Part shown: positions 62,241 through 64,000 of the stretch, piece by piece
Position numbering within the stretch: position 1 is the first letter of the stretch
Layout: the number at the start of each line of letters is the position of its first letter
Assembly: GCA_043228905.1 (NCBI GenBank)
Contig: JBHGNT010000004.1
Span: 23,436,001-23,500,000, forward strand
Length of the DNA: 64,000 nucleotides
Source: Azolla caroliniana
Taxonomy: Eukaryota; Plantae; Polypodiophyta
Direction: 5' to 3'
Notes under the pieces: generated by a model
Database searches by the model: none
Seen by the model: only the letters and a program-made list of their open reading frames with translations
Told to the model about the DNA's origin: nothing
Position numbers and translations under genes: made by a program

Positions 62241-64000
62241 CCGTCCAAAAGGCAAAACATCCGAATAAAGACAATCACGAGAGTTTTAATAACCTTTGAC
62301 CCCCAACAAGACATGTAAAGATGAAAACATACCATACCAAAATAGACTAATTTGAGAAGGATGAAAGGAAGACATTGTAAACACTCTATCCATTTCTGCA
62401 TACATAATGTTCCCACCCCAAATTGTGCAACAAACATGGGTTTTGTTTTCCATCGTCGAAGAAGACATTTCCTTGTTTTTTGTTTTGGAAATCTCAATGT
62501 AAATATGTGTTTCAAGGACTCTGACATGTCTTCTAGCACTTCTTGCCTTTCTAGGTTTCTATGTTCAAGTTGTGGCCTATCCAAGCGTTGAACCTTCGGG
62601 AAATCTTTTCACACGCCTTGTTGATCCATGGAACAAGAAAATTGCAAAGGATTATCCTTCCAATGTCTATTTTGTAGTTAACATGCTCTTCAAGACTTCT
62701 AAAGAACTTTGAAACCTATTGCAAGGTTTAACATGCATATGTCATTCATAGACATTGTTTCACATGAGTTAAAAAGTCTTTCTCACACAAAGCATTGTTG
62801 TGTATGTAGATAAATATTATGATGTCTTTTCCTTTTTCTCTTTGGTAACCTTGTCATGCCATGCATTTGAGTGCTTATTTAACTAGTTCATTTATACTCA
62901 TTCTTTGTCATATTTGGCATCTTTTAAGAATGAACTACTTTGTATTCCACTTGCCAATCTTATTATAGATGTTGATGAATCCTACAATAGAGTCAATCTT
63001 CAAAGAAGATGTTTTTACCAAGGTATTGTTAGTCAACGTGGATGAGTGTCGTTATAATCCGTTTTTTTCTTCTATGTTTGTAGAATGTGTTGCCATTTCA
63101 ACAATGCTTAAAGATGTTTGGTGTTGTTCCATATGTGAAAGTGAGAAAAATCAAACATCAAAGCTTATAAGAGGTTGAGGGAGACCCATTAGCATGTCAA
63201 CAAGGGAGAAGTTATCCCTACCATGTCAACATGTTGTCAAGGCATCACAAAACACTTCAAAGGGTTGTATATAAATATAGATATATGTATAGTTTGTGTG
63301 CAAACATATCAAGCTCTATATATATATACACACTTAAAACTTACAGGAAATCATGATTGAATCAAGAAGATGATCAATGCTATTCATTGTTTTTCCCTAA
63401 TAATTTGTGAATCCTCGTGAGATTTTTTAAATAGAGATATGTGAAAAAGACTAAAAAATAGAGATAGTTTTTCTCTAATAATTTGGGGTTCAAGTTCCAT
63501 TTGGATGTGGTGGTGGCATTGTTGTTGTCTTAATTTCAGTTTTTAGGGTTGACAGTTCCATTTGGATCGCCATGAGAATGGTTTGATGATAAAATGCATA
63601 TCACCTAGAAATGTGGGTTTGAAACTATTTGAATAGTAACCCCTATAATTCTCAACCGGGAGGAATAAGTTTTCATAGTTTCCACTTGTGAGCATATCGA
63701 TTTAGTCCTCTATAACTTTAAATCAAACTAAACGAATAGTTTACCATTCTTCCCGAAACAACTACATTCCATTTATAGATAGTTTAAATTAAATCTGAGA
63801 CGGTTATAAGTCTGGATAGATAGTTCAATCTTTATGGATGTTATTCGTCTCATACATTACAACAGGCTTCGGGGGAAATGAATCCAAATTTAAATGATTT
63901 ATATAGTACTTGAACCCTAATATAGGATGAGAATAGATTAGGTTAAAGACTTTAGGGGGGATATCCTTGACTGTCAATGTGGCACGTCTACAATCGACAA

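Overview
Eukaryotic, intron-containing, AT-rich land-plant nuclear DNA. The PLS-type PPR style and a Tcn1/sushi-like chromovirus suggest a fern or other seed-free plant (inference). Intact genes: (1) an 8-exon, strongly divergent phosphoglycerate-kinase-like gene (355-4027, +); (2) two divergently oriented STP/MST hexose transporter paralogs (8241-6375, -; 31574-33882, +), one lacking the third intron; (3) tRNA-Val(CAC); (4) an intronless PLS-E PPR gene with a PPR pseudogene upstream. The rest is layered transposon debris: a full-length but mutated chromodomain Ty3/Gypsy element with TSD plus a degraded relative, several solo LTRs, many 5'-truncated L1-like insertions (nested, one 5'-inverted), RTE/L2-like remnants, hAT, Tc1/mariner and Mutator-like MITEs, and micro/minisatellites. 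The most notable observations are the non-canonical PGK and the architecture of the chromovirus LTRs: a self-priming PBS, a palindrome at the predicted transcription start, and an antisense tRNA-like A/B-box module in U3 that recurs in a second LTR family. All family assignments come from motifs read by eye; no database search was run.
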